Both the position numbers and the translations under genes were made by a program. The notes below the pieces were generated by a model. It was not told the origin of the DNA and made no database searches. It saw only the letters and a list, made by a program, of their open reading frames with translations. From Chloropicon primus (Eukaryota): 64,000 nt of DNA. The DNA lies in the NCBI GenBank assembly GCA_023205875.1, contig CP060754.1:806001-870000 (forward strand), in the 5' to 3' direction. Positions 19,022 through 29,686 of this stretch are shown one piece after another (the stretch's first letter is position 1; each line of letters begins with the position of its first letter).

Positions 19022-19532
19022 GAAGAGATGGAGGGTCCTTTCCTTGCCTCTGTTGCGACGATGCCTCGCTCGCGGTCTCAATGCGAGAGACGAGGGGTTT
19101 TTTGATCTCTCGAAATATCTCTCCTCGAAATGAGCGTTACATCGGCCGATGACGGCGGCTCCAGGAGCCTAGGCACCTTGCGGAAGCACTGTCGGTGTCG
19201 GTGGATGGTGAGCAACTTGGCTACGAATCAATCCCAGTGGTCCTTCTCCCGCCGCTTTGGTTTTTTTGTTTTGTTCACACCATTCAGCACACCACACACT
19301 AGTTCACAGTTCGTTGGAACCAAGCCTCCCCCTCCAGCAACTGGTCTGCTAGGTTGAGGTGAAGACGAAAGCTAATCAAAACGAGCACGGACTGGCACTG
19401 GCACTCGTGTTGCTCTTGACTCTTGTCCTCGCCCGTCGAAAAGAGTCACGAGCCGTTGCCGTTGCCGTTCTATTCTAGGGTTCCGACGGGGAGGGAGGGG
19501 CGAGAACACGAGGACGAGGGCGGGAGGGAGAG

Positions 19533-20204
19533 ATGAAGGGGTTGGAGTTCCGGGAGGGACACAGAAGGGACAAGAGGCAGGTCAGCAAGGACGTTGTCGA
19601 GAGGTACGGGCACATGTCACAGGTGGACGCGTGCAAGGAACTAAAAATGAGTACGAGGACGCTTCGGAAGAGGTGCCGAGAACTGGGAGTAAAGCGCTGG
19701 CCGTACAAGCCGGCAAGGGGGAAGAAAGCGGCCATGGCGAGGGCTGAAGGCACGAACACGGGATCGGCTTTCACCGCCGTGAGCAGAGAGGCGCCTCGCG
19801 TCGTAGAGGGCAAGTCGCCGGGGGAGCCCATAGACAAGGTGTCAGCCTGGCAAGCTCAAGTCGCTGCCAAGGCTGCTGCGAGCGCTGGCAAGACGGCGAA
19901 CCACGAGTCTGGGTTCCCCTTGAAGTACCACGAGCGCCTGCAGATACTCGTCCTTTTGAACGAGGCGAGGAACTTCTTCGAGGCGGAGTGCAGCGAGAGA
20001 GAGAAGGAAAGGCTCGCAGAAGTTCAGAACAAGACCAACGACGAGCTCCATATGTTTTGCGTCCAGCTCAAGGAGATCATGTTCGCTCCAGACGCCCTGA
20101 GACACATCAAATCGATAGACCTGCACACGACTCTTATGATCATTGAGGAGGTGCAGTCGCGCTTACTGAAGCTCAGCCCATCGTCTTCCTCAGTGTCAAA
20201 GTAA
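19533..20204 (+). CDS. RWP-RK domain transcription factor (RKD-like; variant RWPYK)
   Basis: YGHMSQVDACKELKMSTRTLRKRCRELGVKRWPYK matches the RWP-RK domain pattern; no PB1 domain. Confidence 0.85.
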   Translation: MKGLEFREGHRRDKRQVSKDVVERYGHMSQVDACKELKMSTRTLRKRCRELGVKRWPYKPARGKKAAMARAEGTNTGSAFTAVSREAPRVVEGKSPGEPIDKVSAWQAQVAAKAAASAGKTANHESGFPLKYHERLQILVLLNEARNFFEAECSEREKERLAEVQNKTNDELHMFCVQLKEIMFAPDALRHIKSIDLHTTLMIIEEVQSRLLKLSPSSSSVSK

Positions 20205-20325
20205 ATCAGCTCGGGTTGGGGCCTGAGCGAGCTTCCTGAAGTTTGGATTCAGATCGATTGCCCTGGGTAAATAGAGGGCTAAAAGAAGCTTATTATACAC
20301 TACACTTACTTGATACTACATTATT

Positions 20326-22050
20326 TCAGCTGTTGCAGGAGGACTCCAGGAGCTTCAGCTTGGCTTCCAGCTGGAGCAGGAGCTCGTTCACCAGTGGTTC
20401 CTCGTCCTCAAGCAGAAGCTGCCTCGGCAGGGTGTGGACAAACTGAATGAGCGCCTTCAAGTTTTTGCACTTGACCAGCGTCAGCGACTTGGACGTTTCG
20501 AAGCCACGCAGAAGGACCTCAAACATCCGTTCACACCCCGCGTTCTGCAAGTCTAGCAAGATTTTGTACAGGCTGACCGTCTTCTCGAGTCCCACGATAT
20601 CCATCAAGTCAATCCGTCCGTGCAGGCCAGCGGAGATTATGTCGAACCTCTCCCGGCCATCAATCGAAAACGCTCCCGTTATGCTGCACCCCCCGAGCAT
20701 GTCCGGCAACAGCTCCCGTTCGTCCCTCGAGAAGCCGCCTCCGTTTGCGTCCAAGCTCAGCCACTCTTCAGAGAACATCGGAGAGCCGAAAATGTTCATG
20801 GTCGCTTCTTGAATCGCCTCAGTCACTTCCCCCATGAAATTGCTGTCGTCCGCTAACCCGTCCACGACACGCAAAAGGCACGATTCGTAGAGATTGACCA
20901 GGGACCGAGGCAACACCGTTTTCTCGCGGGGGTCCCTTTCTGCGATAGCGCAGCACGACACGCGGTAGAGGTCCATGATCCTCTTGACCACGAGTTTCAG
21001 GATTGCCGCTGTCGCAGGCTTTACCATCGCGATGTCAAAGAAGCAGATGTCTTCCCTCTCAGCGATCACTTGGAACAGATCAAAGACCCGGACCAGGGCA
21101 TACATGTTGTTCTCGCAGCTGTAAATTTTCTCCCCGAGGGCCTCAAAGCTATCTGCCGTGAGCGTGACAGCTTCCAGCACGACCAACCAGAAGTCCAGCA
21201 GGGCTACAACATTCGCCTCCTCCCGAACGAGTCTTTCCAGAAACGCTCCGCAGAGGAACTGCCTCGTGAAGAAAGACAGCGTTCCGCAGATCCTCAAAAT
21301 ATACCACTTTGATGCGCCGGCACGCTTGAACAGCCCGTCACCCAACGAGTAGCTCTTGGGAAGACCCTGGTCCAGAGGCTGATGAGCTCCAGAGGTGCTG
21401 CCCCAGGCAAGCAGGTTGGTGTCCTTCACGAGCAAGGCCAGACCATGAAAAGCTGCCTGAAAGAGGCTGTCAAGCTCCTTGTAATCAAGGATATCTTCCA
21501 CGTGCGCGTTGAAGCACTCCTCTTGTTCACTCCAGCTAAAGAAGTTTTCTAGCACGCTCAGGGACACGAGCAGCACCCTGCACGCATAGAGCCTGAACTG
21601 CGATTCCGAATCAGGAGCGGTGGCCGTCTTCCTCAGCTGCCCCGTGCTGTACGCAGCACCAAGCAGCACACTGTCCAGGACGTCGTCTCGATAGGACGGA
21701 GACGTCGGCCTCACCGATTCGCTACTTTTGCTTCTCCCCTTGAGGACGGAGGGGTAACACCGGTGGAGGTTCCCCAGCAACAGGAAGCTACAGTTCACCG
21801 GGTGAACACTCCTCTGGTCGAAGCCTCTTTCCTCGGTCTTGAGCTTGATGAGCATCGCTATTATATACTTCGGGAGCTCTCGGCACAGAAGCACGAAGTC
21901 GACTCGTCCCTTGGAAGCACCACAGGCCTTCTCCAAGCCGTCGTAGTTGAGATAGAAGTAAGGATGACTGCTGTTGGCCTCGTTGACACTTTTCAGGAGC
22001 TTGTCTTGCGAAAGCCCGCTGAGCACGAAGACGCACCCACTGACCCACAT
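20326..22050 (-). CDS. Helical protein resembling the N-terminal region of plant nodulin homeobox (NDX)
   Basis: Long clean ORF; LSGLSQDKLLK...VDFVLLCRELPKYIIAML and LLRVVDGLADDSNF resemble recalled NDX motifs. Start placed at ATG 22050. Confidence 0.5.
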   Translation of the reverse strand: MWVSGCVFVLSGLSQDKLLKSVNEANSSHPYFYLNYDGLEKACGASKGRVDFVLLCRELPKYIIAMLIKLKTEERGFDQRSVHPVNCSFLLLGNLHRCYPSVLKGRSKSSESVRPTSPSYRDDVLDSVLLGAAYSTGQLRKTATAPDSESQFRLYACRVLLVSLSVLENFFSWSEQEECFNAHVEDILDYKELDSLFQAAFHGLALLVKDTNLLAWGSTSGAHQPLDQGLPKSYSLGDGLFKRAGASKWYILRICGTLSFFTRQFLCGAFLERLVREEANVVALLDFWLVVLEAVTLTADSFEALGEKIYSCENNMYALVRVFDLFQVIAEREDICFFDIAMVKPATAAILKLVVKRIMDLYRVSCCAIAERDPREKTVLPRSLVNLYESCLLRVVDGLADDSNFMGEVTEAIQEATMNIFGSPMFSEEWLSLDANGGGFSRDERELLPDMLGGCSITGAFSIDGRERFDIISAGLHGRIDLMDIVGLEKTVSLYKILLDLQNAGCERMFEVLLRGFETSKSLTLVKCKNLKALIQFVHTLPRQLLLEDEEPLVNELLLQLEAKLKLLESSCNS

Positions 22051-22194
22051 CCTCCCTCCCAAGAGTAGAAGAGGGAGAAGCCACTTCGCACACCCTCCTC
22101 CCTCCTCCTCCACCGCCCCCGATCGTCGATCTGAGCCGATATTGACTCCAAAGGGGGAGGGAGAGGGAGAGAGAGGGAGGGAGAGGGAGACGGG

Positions 22195-24126
22195 ATGCTG
22201 GACCCGAACGCTGCGTCGTTCACGCCGAGTGGGAAGGCGTCAAGGGGGAAGAAAAAGAGCAAAACGAGGAGGCCGAAGGAGGGGAGGGGGGAACTCTCGT
22301 TAGCTTTCGAGGGAGGGGTAAAGAGATCTCAGCAGGGGGGGGACAGCAACAGCAACAGCAATGCCAACCACTTGCTCAACTTCAAGTACGAGACGAGGAG
22401 CAAGGCCTCCAGTTCCGGATCTCGATCCAGCAGGGGGTCCCACCGGCCGCGGAGGAGGCACATTAAGTACGACAAAGACCTTTTTGTGCAGGCAAACTAT
22501 CGCTTTCTGGTTTCAGATGCCGTGGAGGTTGAAAAGTACAGCACGAATCCGGATAAGATGATTAACTGGGAGGACGTGGCGCACGTGTACTCCATATCTG
22601 CAGAGACCGAGTGCTTGCAGTGTCCCATCTGCTTGGAAGAGGCCCTTGTTGCTCAAACGACGACCTGCGGCCACACCTTTTGTCTGCCTTGCATACTGAG
22701 GCATGCCATGACCAAGGGGGGCAGAGAAGATATTTCTTGCCCCCTTTGCTTCGGACCAACCTCGTTGCTGGACCTCAGATCCCTGCACCACAACGTGGTC
22801 GAGCCGCTCAAGGTTGGTAGCAAAATGAAGTTCAGGAAGCTGCGCCGGAAGAAGAAGTCGATCTTCCCAGGTCTCGGGCTTGATGTGCCTCCCAGAGCGA
22901 AGCACGGAAAGTGCTTTCCGTTTTCCAAGTTCACGCTGACTTCCGAGCACGGGTACGAGTCGAGTATGAAGAAACAGGTCGCGTTGCTGGAGAACTACGC
23001 GAACAAGCTCGTCGTGGAGGAAGGCCTCGGGGAAGGGACGCTTCCCTTCATCTTCCTCTCCGTTAACCTGTTGCAGGAGAGGTACCTCACATGGAAAGAG
23101 AAGAGGAACGCCAAGCTGGGATCAGGGGACACGGAGTTTTCCGGATTGAGCTTGGAGAATATGCACGACCTGGCCAAGATAAGGGCAGGCGAAGCGGAGG
23201 AGACGGCCAGACAGGCGAAGAAGGACTCCTTGTTGTGGCCGGTCCTGGTTTCCAATGCCGCGAACTTCGCAGAGGAGAGGCAAATCGAGCAGTTGCAGAA
23301 ATACGAGGAGAAGGAGGTCTGGGAACTGGAAGGGAAGGAGGAGCGGGTCTCGCAAATGGACCTGGAGGAGTCGGATCAGTTCTATTCCTACTACCAGTCA
23401 CAAGATGGTCAGAACGTCTTCATTCATCCGCTGAACATGAAGTGCATTCTGCACCACTACGGCGGCGATCTCACACAAGCGCCGGCTTGCATCGAAGGGG
23501 AGGTCGTTGAAATAGAATCTTTCGTGCAGACCGAGGAGAAGAGAAACAGGTTTAGATTCCTGTCCCACCTCCCGATAGCCTCAACAGTGACACTCTGTGA
23601 GCTTGATCTGGGGCAGAGCTTGCCAAAGTCAGCTCTCAAGCCTTTTCTGGACGAGATCAACAACAGAAAGAGGGTGAGAAAAAACAAGAAGAAGCGAGTG
23701 GCCAGGGAGAGGACCGCCGCAGAGAGCAAACAGAGGGAAGAAAAGATGGACGCGGAATTCTTCAGGATGCGACTCTCGTCCTCACCAGGAGGGGGTGACG
23801 ATGAGGCCCACCACAGGGGCAGGGACGGGTTTGCTGCGGACTTGTCCTCCTCCCCAGCGACGCAAGAAAGGTAGGTGGTCACATTTTTCGTTTCATTTAT
23901 CAATCGATCTACTGACCCTTGCTGTCCTTTTCTTGGTTCGCTTTGCAGTGGCATCTCGTTCGCAAAGGTGACCCAGCTTGGGTTCGGCGCGGGATCGGAG
24001 AGCAGCGGAAACGCGAGTTGGGGCCCGGGCTCGTGGGGAAGTCCGTCCCAGAGCCGCCCCATGGCATCGGCAAAGTGGGAGAAACAGAAGAAGCACGGGA
24101 AGAATGTCATGGTGATGAAATTTTAA
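22195..24126 (+). CDS. RNF10: RING finger protein RNF10/MAG2-like E3 ligase (2 exons: 22195-23870, 23949-24126)
   Basis: ANHLLNF, KDLFVQANYRFLV, C3HC4 RING CPICL...TTCGHTFCLPCILR...CPLC, YYQSQDGQNVFIHPLN, RFRFLSHLP, spliced SFAKVTQLGF; N-terminal PAM2-like LDPNAASFTP. Confidence 0.88.
23871..23948 (+). other. Spliceosomal intron, 78 bp, phase 2
   Basis: GTAGGT donor, TACTGAC branch (23910-23916), TTTGCAG acceptor; frames join correctly. Confidence 0.88.
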
Positions 24127-24160
24127 CACTTATGCTTGACAAAGGAATCCTTAACTCCCT

Positions 24161-26518
24161 TCACATCTGTGGTGGTGGCAGCTTTATCTTCAACTTCTTC
24201 AACACTGGCTCGCCTTTTTCTGGAGACTGCCCTTTCGATACATCTGGAGATCGCTCCCTCTTCTGGTCTTCCGCGGGGGACTCCTTCTTCTCGCTTGGCA
24301 CAGGAGGTTGCTCCTGCTGCTCCGCCGCGGTCTGCTCCCTCCCCTGTTCTGCCACGGCGGGCACTTGCTTTTGCTGACCTCCCGCCTCGGATTGCTCCTT
24401 CCTCTCCGCCAATGCGGCCAGCGTGAGAGGCATTCTCATGTCGGAGGAGGTCAACATCAAGTTCTCCAGGGCGCTAGGCTCCCGGGCGGCACCGTCCCCA
24501 AGGGCTGCACCAAGCGCCTGCAGAAATTTGGACCGATTCTGGTAGTGGGACTGATACCCTACCAGGTCAAGGTTCTTAAATGACCGCAGTATTTCTTCCC
24601 GGACCGTTTCTAAGTACGTCGGCAGGACGACAAGGGGCAGGACATGGTAGTCCTTTAGCTCACCATTGAATTCAAGCTCCGCTTTGCAGGGGCCTGCACT
24701 CTCACTCGCGGAGAATGGCTTCTCTGATGCCTTTGAAGCGAAAAGGAAGTGGGTTATTCCAGTGTATTCTGGCCGGAACGCAAAGTGAACCACAAAATTC
24801 GTCACAGGAGTGTCCGAGTACAAGTTCGGAGAGATCGACAGATCTTTCAAGACCGTGTCGCATCTCACGAACTTGTTTCCGGAGATGCACAGGATGCTGA
24901 TGTCATCAATCTCTTCTCGGGACGAGCAGTACCCTTCGATCACGATCTTCTGAGATTCTGCCTTGCCCTTTGCGTCCTTCACCTGTCCGTTGCCCTGGCG
25001 TCCGGTTTCCTTCACGCCGCCATCCTCGTTTCCTGCAGCTTGTTTTCCCTTCGTCGTTTCTTTGATTGTTATGACTGGCGGGTTCACGGACAGCAGGCCA
25101 ACGAACTTGCAGGGTTTGGCCTTCTTGGGCACGTTCCCGGGCGGGCCCTGACTTCGCGAGGTGGACGCTACCGGGGTCTCCACAGTCCCACCCACTCTCT
25201 GCGCAGTTTTAGGGATGTAAGCTCTCAGGTCGGCGGGCACTCCTATTCCCCGCTCTTTCAGCAAATCAGTCAGCATCTGCTGTTGTTGCTGACCTCCTTG
25301 GCCGGCATTCCCAGCGCCGCTCAACCTTCCCAGACTGGGCACCAAACCTTTCTTCATCTGCAGCAGCATCTGCAGCACTGCTTGTTGCTGCCCTTGACAC
25401 GCCAGGCTCGAAGCGAGGGCGTTCGCTGCTTGTAAAGGCGCATCGGGCTTCACCTCGCATGGGCTCGAAGCGTTGACAACCTTTGCGCCCGGGTTTGACT
25501 TGTGAAGCAGGTGCGCCAGGCTGTTCAGGCTGGATTCCACGGCGTGCGCCGGGAGACCCAGAACCTCCTCGGACTTCAAGTAAGCGATGTTGGATATCGA
25601 CTTGGCCAGCTTGCTCATCTCCATCCCCTGCACCGCGAGCTTGTCCGCAATCTCCACGAAGCTCTTGTACTCCCCTTGCAGCACGTCCGCGGAGATGTTC
25701 GCGACCTCGGCCTGGTTCAGGAGGTGCGCGCAGCTCTGCGGGAGGTTGCACTTTGCGAGACTGCGGAACGTCACGCAGATGAGCTCCCCCTTCTGGAAGA
25801 TTCCTTTGATCCAGTTCCCGTCGCTGTCCACGAACAGGCAAGAGTCGTGGAACTTGCCGTCCTTCCAGGAGCCGACGTGCTTGGAGCCGTCCGGAAGGAC
25901 CGTTATGCCCTGGGAGGGGTAACCGTTCTTCCACTGCCCCTTGAACTCCGAGGCCGTCCAGAAGGTGTTAGCCTGGATATTCGACAGGATGAACTCCTGC
26001 CACGACTGCCCGATAAAGTCGAGGACGTCCCCGGCGCTCGCCCGGCCGAAGCTGAAGGCCCCGTTCTCGAACTTGCCCGTCGCCATGGACCACGTGCTGC
26101 GCGCGCTCGGGAACTCGATGAGCCCTATCCCGTTCATCTGTGTCCCCACCACCTCCCCGGAGTAGAGGATGGCCCCGGCCTTCGAGGGCCAAATGGCCAC
26201 GCCCACGCCGTTGCTCGCCCCGCTCTTTATCAGGGCGTTCAACGCCTCCTTGCTCGCGAGCTTCAGCGCCCCAGAGGCCCCCGCGGGCATCACCACCTGG
26301 CCGCTGAACCTCCCAGGAGTCGACGAGGCGAGCGGCGGCATGTCGAAGGACACGAGCTCGCTCCTTCCCGACTCCCCTCCCTGACCCATCATCTTCTGCT
26401 GTCCCTCGCACGCCGACACACTCGCAAAGAAACCACGCGGAACGTCGTCGTCGTCGTCGTCGTCGTCGTTTAACGGTTTTGCCCCTTTCCGTTTCGATTT
26501 CGGCTGGGTGAACACCAT
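24161..26518 (-). CDS. MORN-repeat protein with uncharacterised C-terminal domain
   Basis: MORN-like repeats YSGEVVGTQMNGIG, FKGQWKNG, HVGSWKDGKFH, IKGIFQKG; alternative start ATG 26392. Confidence 0.7.
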   Translation of the reverse strand: MVFTQPKSKRKGAKPLNDDDDDDDDVPRGFFASVSACEGQQKMMGQGGESGRSELVSFDMPPLASSTPGRFSGQVVMPAGASGALKLASKEALNALIKSGASNGVGVAIWPSKAGAILYSGEVVGTQMNGIGLIEFPSARSTWSMATGKFENGAFSFGRASAGDVLDFIGQSWQEFILSNIQANTFWTASEFKGQWKNGYPSQGITVLPDGSKHVGSWKDGKFHDSCLFVDSDGNWIKGIFQKGELICVTFRSLAKCNLPQSCAHLLNQAEVANISADVLQGEYKSFVEIADKLAVQGMEMSKLAKSISNIAYLKSEEVLGLPAHAVESSLNSLAHLLHKSNPGAKVVNASSPCEVKPDAPLQAANALASSLACQGQQQAVLQMLLQMKKGLVPSLGRLSGAGNAGQGGQQQQQMLTDLLKERGIGVPADLRAYIPKTAQRVGGTVETPVASTSRSQGPPGNVPKKAKPCKFVGLLSVNPPVITIKETTKGKQAAGNEDGGVKETGRQGNGQVKDAKGKAESQKIVIEGYCSSREEIDDISILCISGNKFVRCDTVLKDLSISPNLYSDTPVTNFVVHFAFRPEYTGITHFLFASKASEKPFSASESAGPCKAELEFNGELKDYHVLPLVVLPTYLETVREEILRSFKNLDLVGYQSHYQNRSKFLQALGAALGDGAAREPSALENLMLTSSDMRMPLTLAALAERKEQSEAGGQQKQVPAVAEQGREQTAAEQQEQPPVPSEKKESPAEDQKRERSPDVSKGQSPEKGEPVLKKLKIKLPPPQM

Positions 26519-26729
26519 GGGGTTGTGGGGTTGTGGGGGCGGAATGGGGAGGCGATGGCTGAAGAGTGTGTGTGTGTGTGTTTGTTTGTTTGTGTGTTAG
26601 GTAATGTGATAAGGTTAGGTTGGAGTGCCCCCGAGTGTCTGTTGTTGCGATCTTGGTGGCAGAGGAGGAAGAGTCACCAATTTGTTATGACAGCAAAACC
26701 CAGTCCTCTTCTTCGGTCTCGGAAGATAG

Positions 26730-27698
26730 TCAGACGTCCATGCTCTGGCACTCCCCGGAGGAGAGTCCGAGGATCGCAGTCTTCCCCTCCGCGTCGACCC
26801 CAACGGAGGACGCGAATCCTTTCACGTCCTTCTCCGAGACGGTCCTGCAAGCCTTGCAGTCCCACACCACGACCTTGCCGCCAAAGTAGCAGGCCACGAC
26901 CTTGGAGTCCGATGCGACCCCGGACGCGCAGACGCCGTTGTCCTTGTCCTTGGTGGTCCTGTCCTTGGGGGGGCCCATCGTCCCCTTCAGCTTGCCCGTG
27001 GCGGGGTCCCACAGCTTGACCGTGGCGTCCCAGCCCGTGGAGACGACGTGGTTGTCCAGAACTCTGTGCACGCCGGTGACGGAAGTCGCGTGCGCCCCCT
27101 CGATGGCTTTCAGGCACTCGAGAGTCTCCAGGCTCCAAATCCTGATGCTCCCGTCGGCCGAGCCCGAGGCGATCGTGGCGCCGCTCAGGGCGGCCAGGGA
27201 CGTCACCTGCAGGCCGTGGCCCTGCAAGGTGCCCAAGCACTTGCCCGTCTTCAGATCCCATACCTTGACGCTCCCGTCGAGAGAGGCCGTCGCGGCCTTG
27301 TCCCCGACCACCACGACGTCCGTGAGGCCCTGAGCGTGTCCCGAGAGCTCCAACTCCGGCTTGTCGCCGCCGCCGAGAGACCAAACCGCCGCCTTCGCGT
27401 CCCTGGAGGCGCTCACGAACTTGGTCGCTCCGTACGCGGCCACCTTGGAAACGGCCGCCAGGTGCCCGCTAATAACTTTCTTCGTGCCGCTCGAGTCGAG
27501 GTCCACCACCGTGAGGATGCCGTCCTCCGAGCCGGACACCAGGGCCGATCCCACCACCGCGGTCGTCCACACTGGCGAGGAGTCCTCCGAGACGACCCTC
27601 TCCAGCTTGCCCGCCTTCCAGAGCAGGACCTTCCCATCCGTGGCCGCTGTCAGGAAAGCGCTCTTGTCGCTGCTGTACGCGACGGAAGTCGTCGTCAT
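26730..27698 (-). CDS. WD40-repeat protein (compact beta-propeller)
   Basis: Repeated GH...WD-type units (GHAQGLTDV...SLDGSVKVWD, GHGLQVTSL...SADGSIRIWS, GWDATVKLWD). First ATG 27698. Confidence 0.9.
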   Translation of the reverse strand: MTTTSVAYSSDKSAFLTAATDGKVLLWKAGKLERVVSEDSSPVWTTAVVGSALVSGSEDGILTVVDLDSSGTKKVISGHLAAVSKVAAYGATKFVSASRDAKAAVWSLGGGDKPELELSGHAQGLTDVVVVGDKAATASLDGSVKVWDLKTGKCLGTLQGHGLQVTSLAALSGATIASGSADGSIRIWSLETLECLKAIEGAHATSVTGVHRVLDNHVVSTGWDATVKLWDPATGKLKGTMGPPKDRTTKDKDNGVCASGVASDSKVVACYFGGKVVVWDCKACRTVSEKDVKGFASSVGVDAEGKTAILGLSSGECQSMDV

Positions 27699-27931
27699 GC
27701 TGTGGTGATTAGCGGGCGCCTCCGCCCCGGCGAAGCACTTGAACCCGCGCACTCCTTTCGCGTCAGACGCTACACTCTTCCCCCCGAAAAACACGCTCAG
27801 CTCGTCGAGCTCTCCGCTCTCCGCTGGAAAGGGGGCCAGGGCCAGGCCAGGCCAAGAAGGGCGGGAGGACGGAGGAATTGATTGAAATACAATGCACAAT
27901 ACAAGAATGGGTGATGGGGGTGTTGCTACTT

Positions 27932-29686
27932 TCACACCGGGAGGGACCTCGGGAACCTCCTGTTTCTCGAATGTCCCGGACCCCTCGAGCGCCTCTTCCA
28001 CGCCGGCCTCAAGGCCTGGACGACGGAGGCTCCGACGACTCCCACGACGCAGAGGGAGCCCCAGAAAGGCAAGGCTTGGAACAGCGCGCCGTTGGCACCG
28101 TTGAACAAATTTTGGTCCAACTGCATCTCCGCGTGGTCCCTGTTGTGGTGGAAGGCGTGCCTGTCCCTGCCAAAGTAATGGCCTTGGCCGTGGCCGTCCC
28201 TGGCTCCCCTGTCGTGCAGCTCCACCGGGCTGTACTTCGCCTCCTCCTCCCTCTTGGGCTCCTCGGCCGCCTTGGTGCACGAGGACGGTCCGCACACCCC
28301 GCAGGATGCCTTGCACTGGTCCATCATGTACGGCGCATTCGCCTGACACTCCCCTGATCGAGCCCAGTCGCAACACAAGTCGTTGTCGTCCTTGCAGTCT
28401 GACGCGGGCAATACCTCGGGGTCGCTGCCGCCACGTCCGGCCTCGGGCCCTCGGGCCTTCGTCCCCCCTCCCGCACCCTCGTTGGCCCTGATTCTGCTCC
28501 GAAGGACCTCCCCCTCCAGCACGGTCGTGGCGTTGCACATGATGATTCCTTGCGGGCTGGCGCACTCGTACTCGTGCCTGAATCGCGCGCTGACCTGAGC
28601 ATGACAGTAATCTCTTTGGTGGATCTCCAGGGCCTCGTGGAGGATCTGGGGCGCGTAGAGCGCCAGGGCGCTCCTCCGGTAGTCCCTCGGGTCGGTCTCC
28701 TTCTTGTAAGCGATCTCCGCCAGAGTCAAGGGATAGTCAATGTTTTTCCCAGGACAGGTGGTCAGGTCCTGGAACCAGTGCTTGTCGAAAGCGTAGTCAT
28801 CCACGAAGAAGGTGATCCCGTAGTGTATCACGAAAGGGAAGGGCTCCGGCGGCGGGGTGTACCCGGGGTAAAGCATGAAGTCGTTCGATATGATGTGCTT
28901 CAGATTCACGTGAGCGCACCCAAAGATGTACCCATACATCTCGGATATCCAGGGCGGCCCGAGCTCCCCGTTCTTGTTGAAGACGTCCCCCGTGTTCGCC
29001 CAGTTTTTCGGGTTGTTCCGAACCTCCTCCGTGTAGTGGAGCCACCAAGGGGCGAGCCTCTTCATGTCCTCCTTGTGCATCACCATGAAACCGCCAACCT
29101 TGTCCGCTTTCTCAACGTTGGGAACGCTCGCTTTCACCTCCATGTAACTGTCGGGATCGACCCCCTTGAGGTAGCCGTACAGGGCGGACGCCGGCCGACC
29201 CAGCTCCGCACCAATGGCCTCCACGCTTATTTTCTGGGTGATGACCATGTCCGCGTCCAGGAACACGATAAAGTCCTCCTCCGGTTCTGCCTCCTTGAGC
29301 CAACTCAGGACAGAATAAGGCTTGTTGTACGCCGGGTACGCGTCCCCCGTGTCCGGATGGACCGCGTAGTTCCGGTGCACGAAGGTGTCCGCGTTCGAGA
29401 ACCTGTCGGTGAGATGCTTCCCCCTGTAGTTCTCGTCGTTGCAGGCCATCAGCCTCGTAATCTTTCCCGTCTGGTTCACCTTGGCGTACGAGTGAAGGAG
29501 GCCGAGAGACTGGTAGTCGAAGTAGGGCGTGCACTCCGTCGAGAAAATGATGTGAAACGACTTTTCCGATCCCCCTGCCCCGGTGCGAGCCTCCACCCCC
29601 GCCCCACTCGCGGTGAGTTGGACCAGCAGCAGAAAGACAACCAGCACCCCCCACCCCCCAAACTTCCTCTTGTTGCTTCTGCACAT
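27932..29686 (-). CDS. Peptidyl-serine alpha-galactosyltransferase (SGT1/SERGT)-like glycosyltransferase with ShK domain and C-terminal TM
   Basis: Signal peptide; HIIFSTECTPYFDYQSLGL...GKITRLMAC, YPAYNKP, DxD motif (LDADM), WISEMYGY; ShK-type CKDDNDLCCDWARSGECQANAPYMMDQCKASCGVC; TM plus basic tail. Confidence 0.85.
   Translation of the reverse strand: MCRSNKRKFGGWGVLVVFLLLVQLTASGAGVEARTGAGGSEKSFHIIFSTECTPYFDYQSLGLLHSYAKVNQTGKITRLMACNDENYRGKHLTDRFSNADTFVHRNYAVHPDTGDAYPAYNKPYSVLSWLKEAEPEEDFIVFLDADMVITQKISVEAIGAELGRPASALYGYLKGVDPDSYMEVKASVPNVEKADKVGGFMVMHKEDMKRLAPWWLHYTEEVRNNPKNWANTGDVFNKNGELGPPWISEMYGYIFGCAHVNLKHIISNDFMLYPGYTPPPEPFPFVIHYGITFFVDDYAFDKHWFQDLTTCPGKNIDYPLTLAEIAYKKETDPRDYRRSALALYAPQILHEALEIHQRDYCHAQVSARFRHEYECASPQGIIMCNATTVLEGEVLRSRIRANEGAGGGTKARGPEAGRGGSDPEVLPASDCKDDNDLCCDWARSGECQANAPYMMDQCKASCGVCGPSSCTKAAEEPKREEEAKYSPVELHDRGARDGHGQGHYFGRDRHAFHHNRDHAEMQLDQNLFNGANGALFQALPFWGSLCVVGVVGASVVQALRPAWKRRSRGPGHSRNRRFPRSLPV

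Noticed and set aside
19140..19210. ATGAC-starting GC-rich hairpin-like sequence considered as a SECIS element
   Set aside because: Pairing is poor, it lies in a divergent promoter region, and no upstream plus-strand gene with an in-frame TGA was found.
26730..28565. 611-aa ORF suggesting a long N-terminal extension of the WD40 gene, or fusion with the SGT1-like gene
   Set aside because: The extension overlaps the SGT1-like CDS in another frame and crosses an AT-rich 3'-UTR-like segment; candidate splice phases do not join the SGT1 frame to the WD40 frame.
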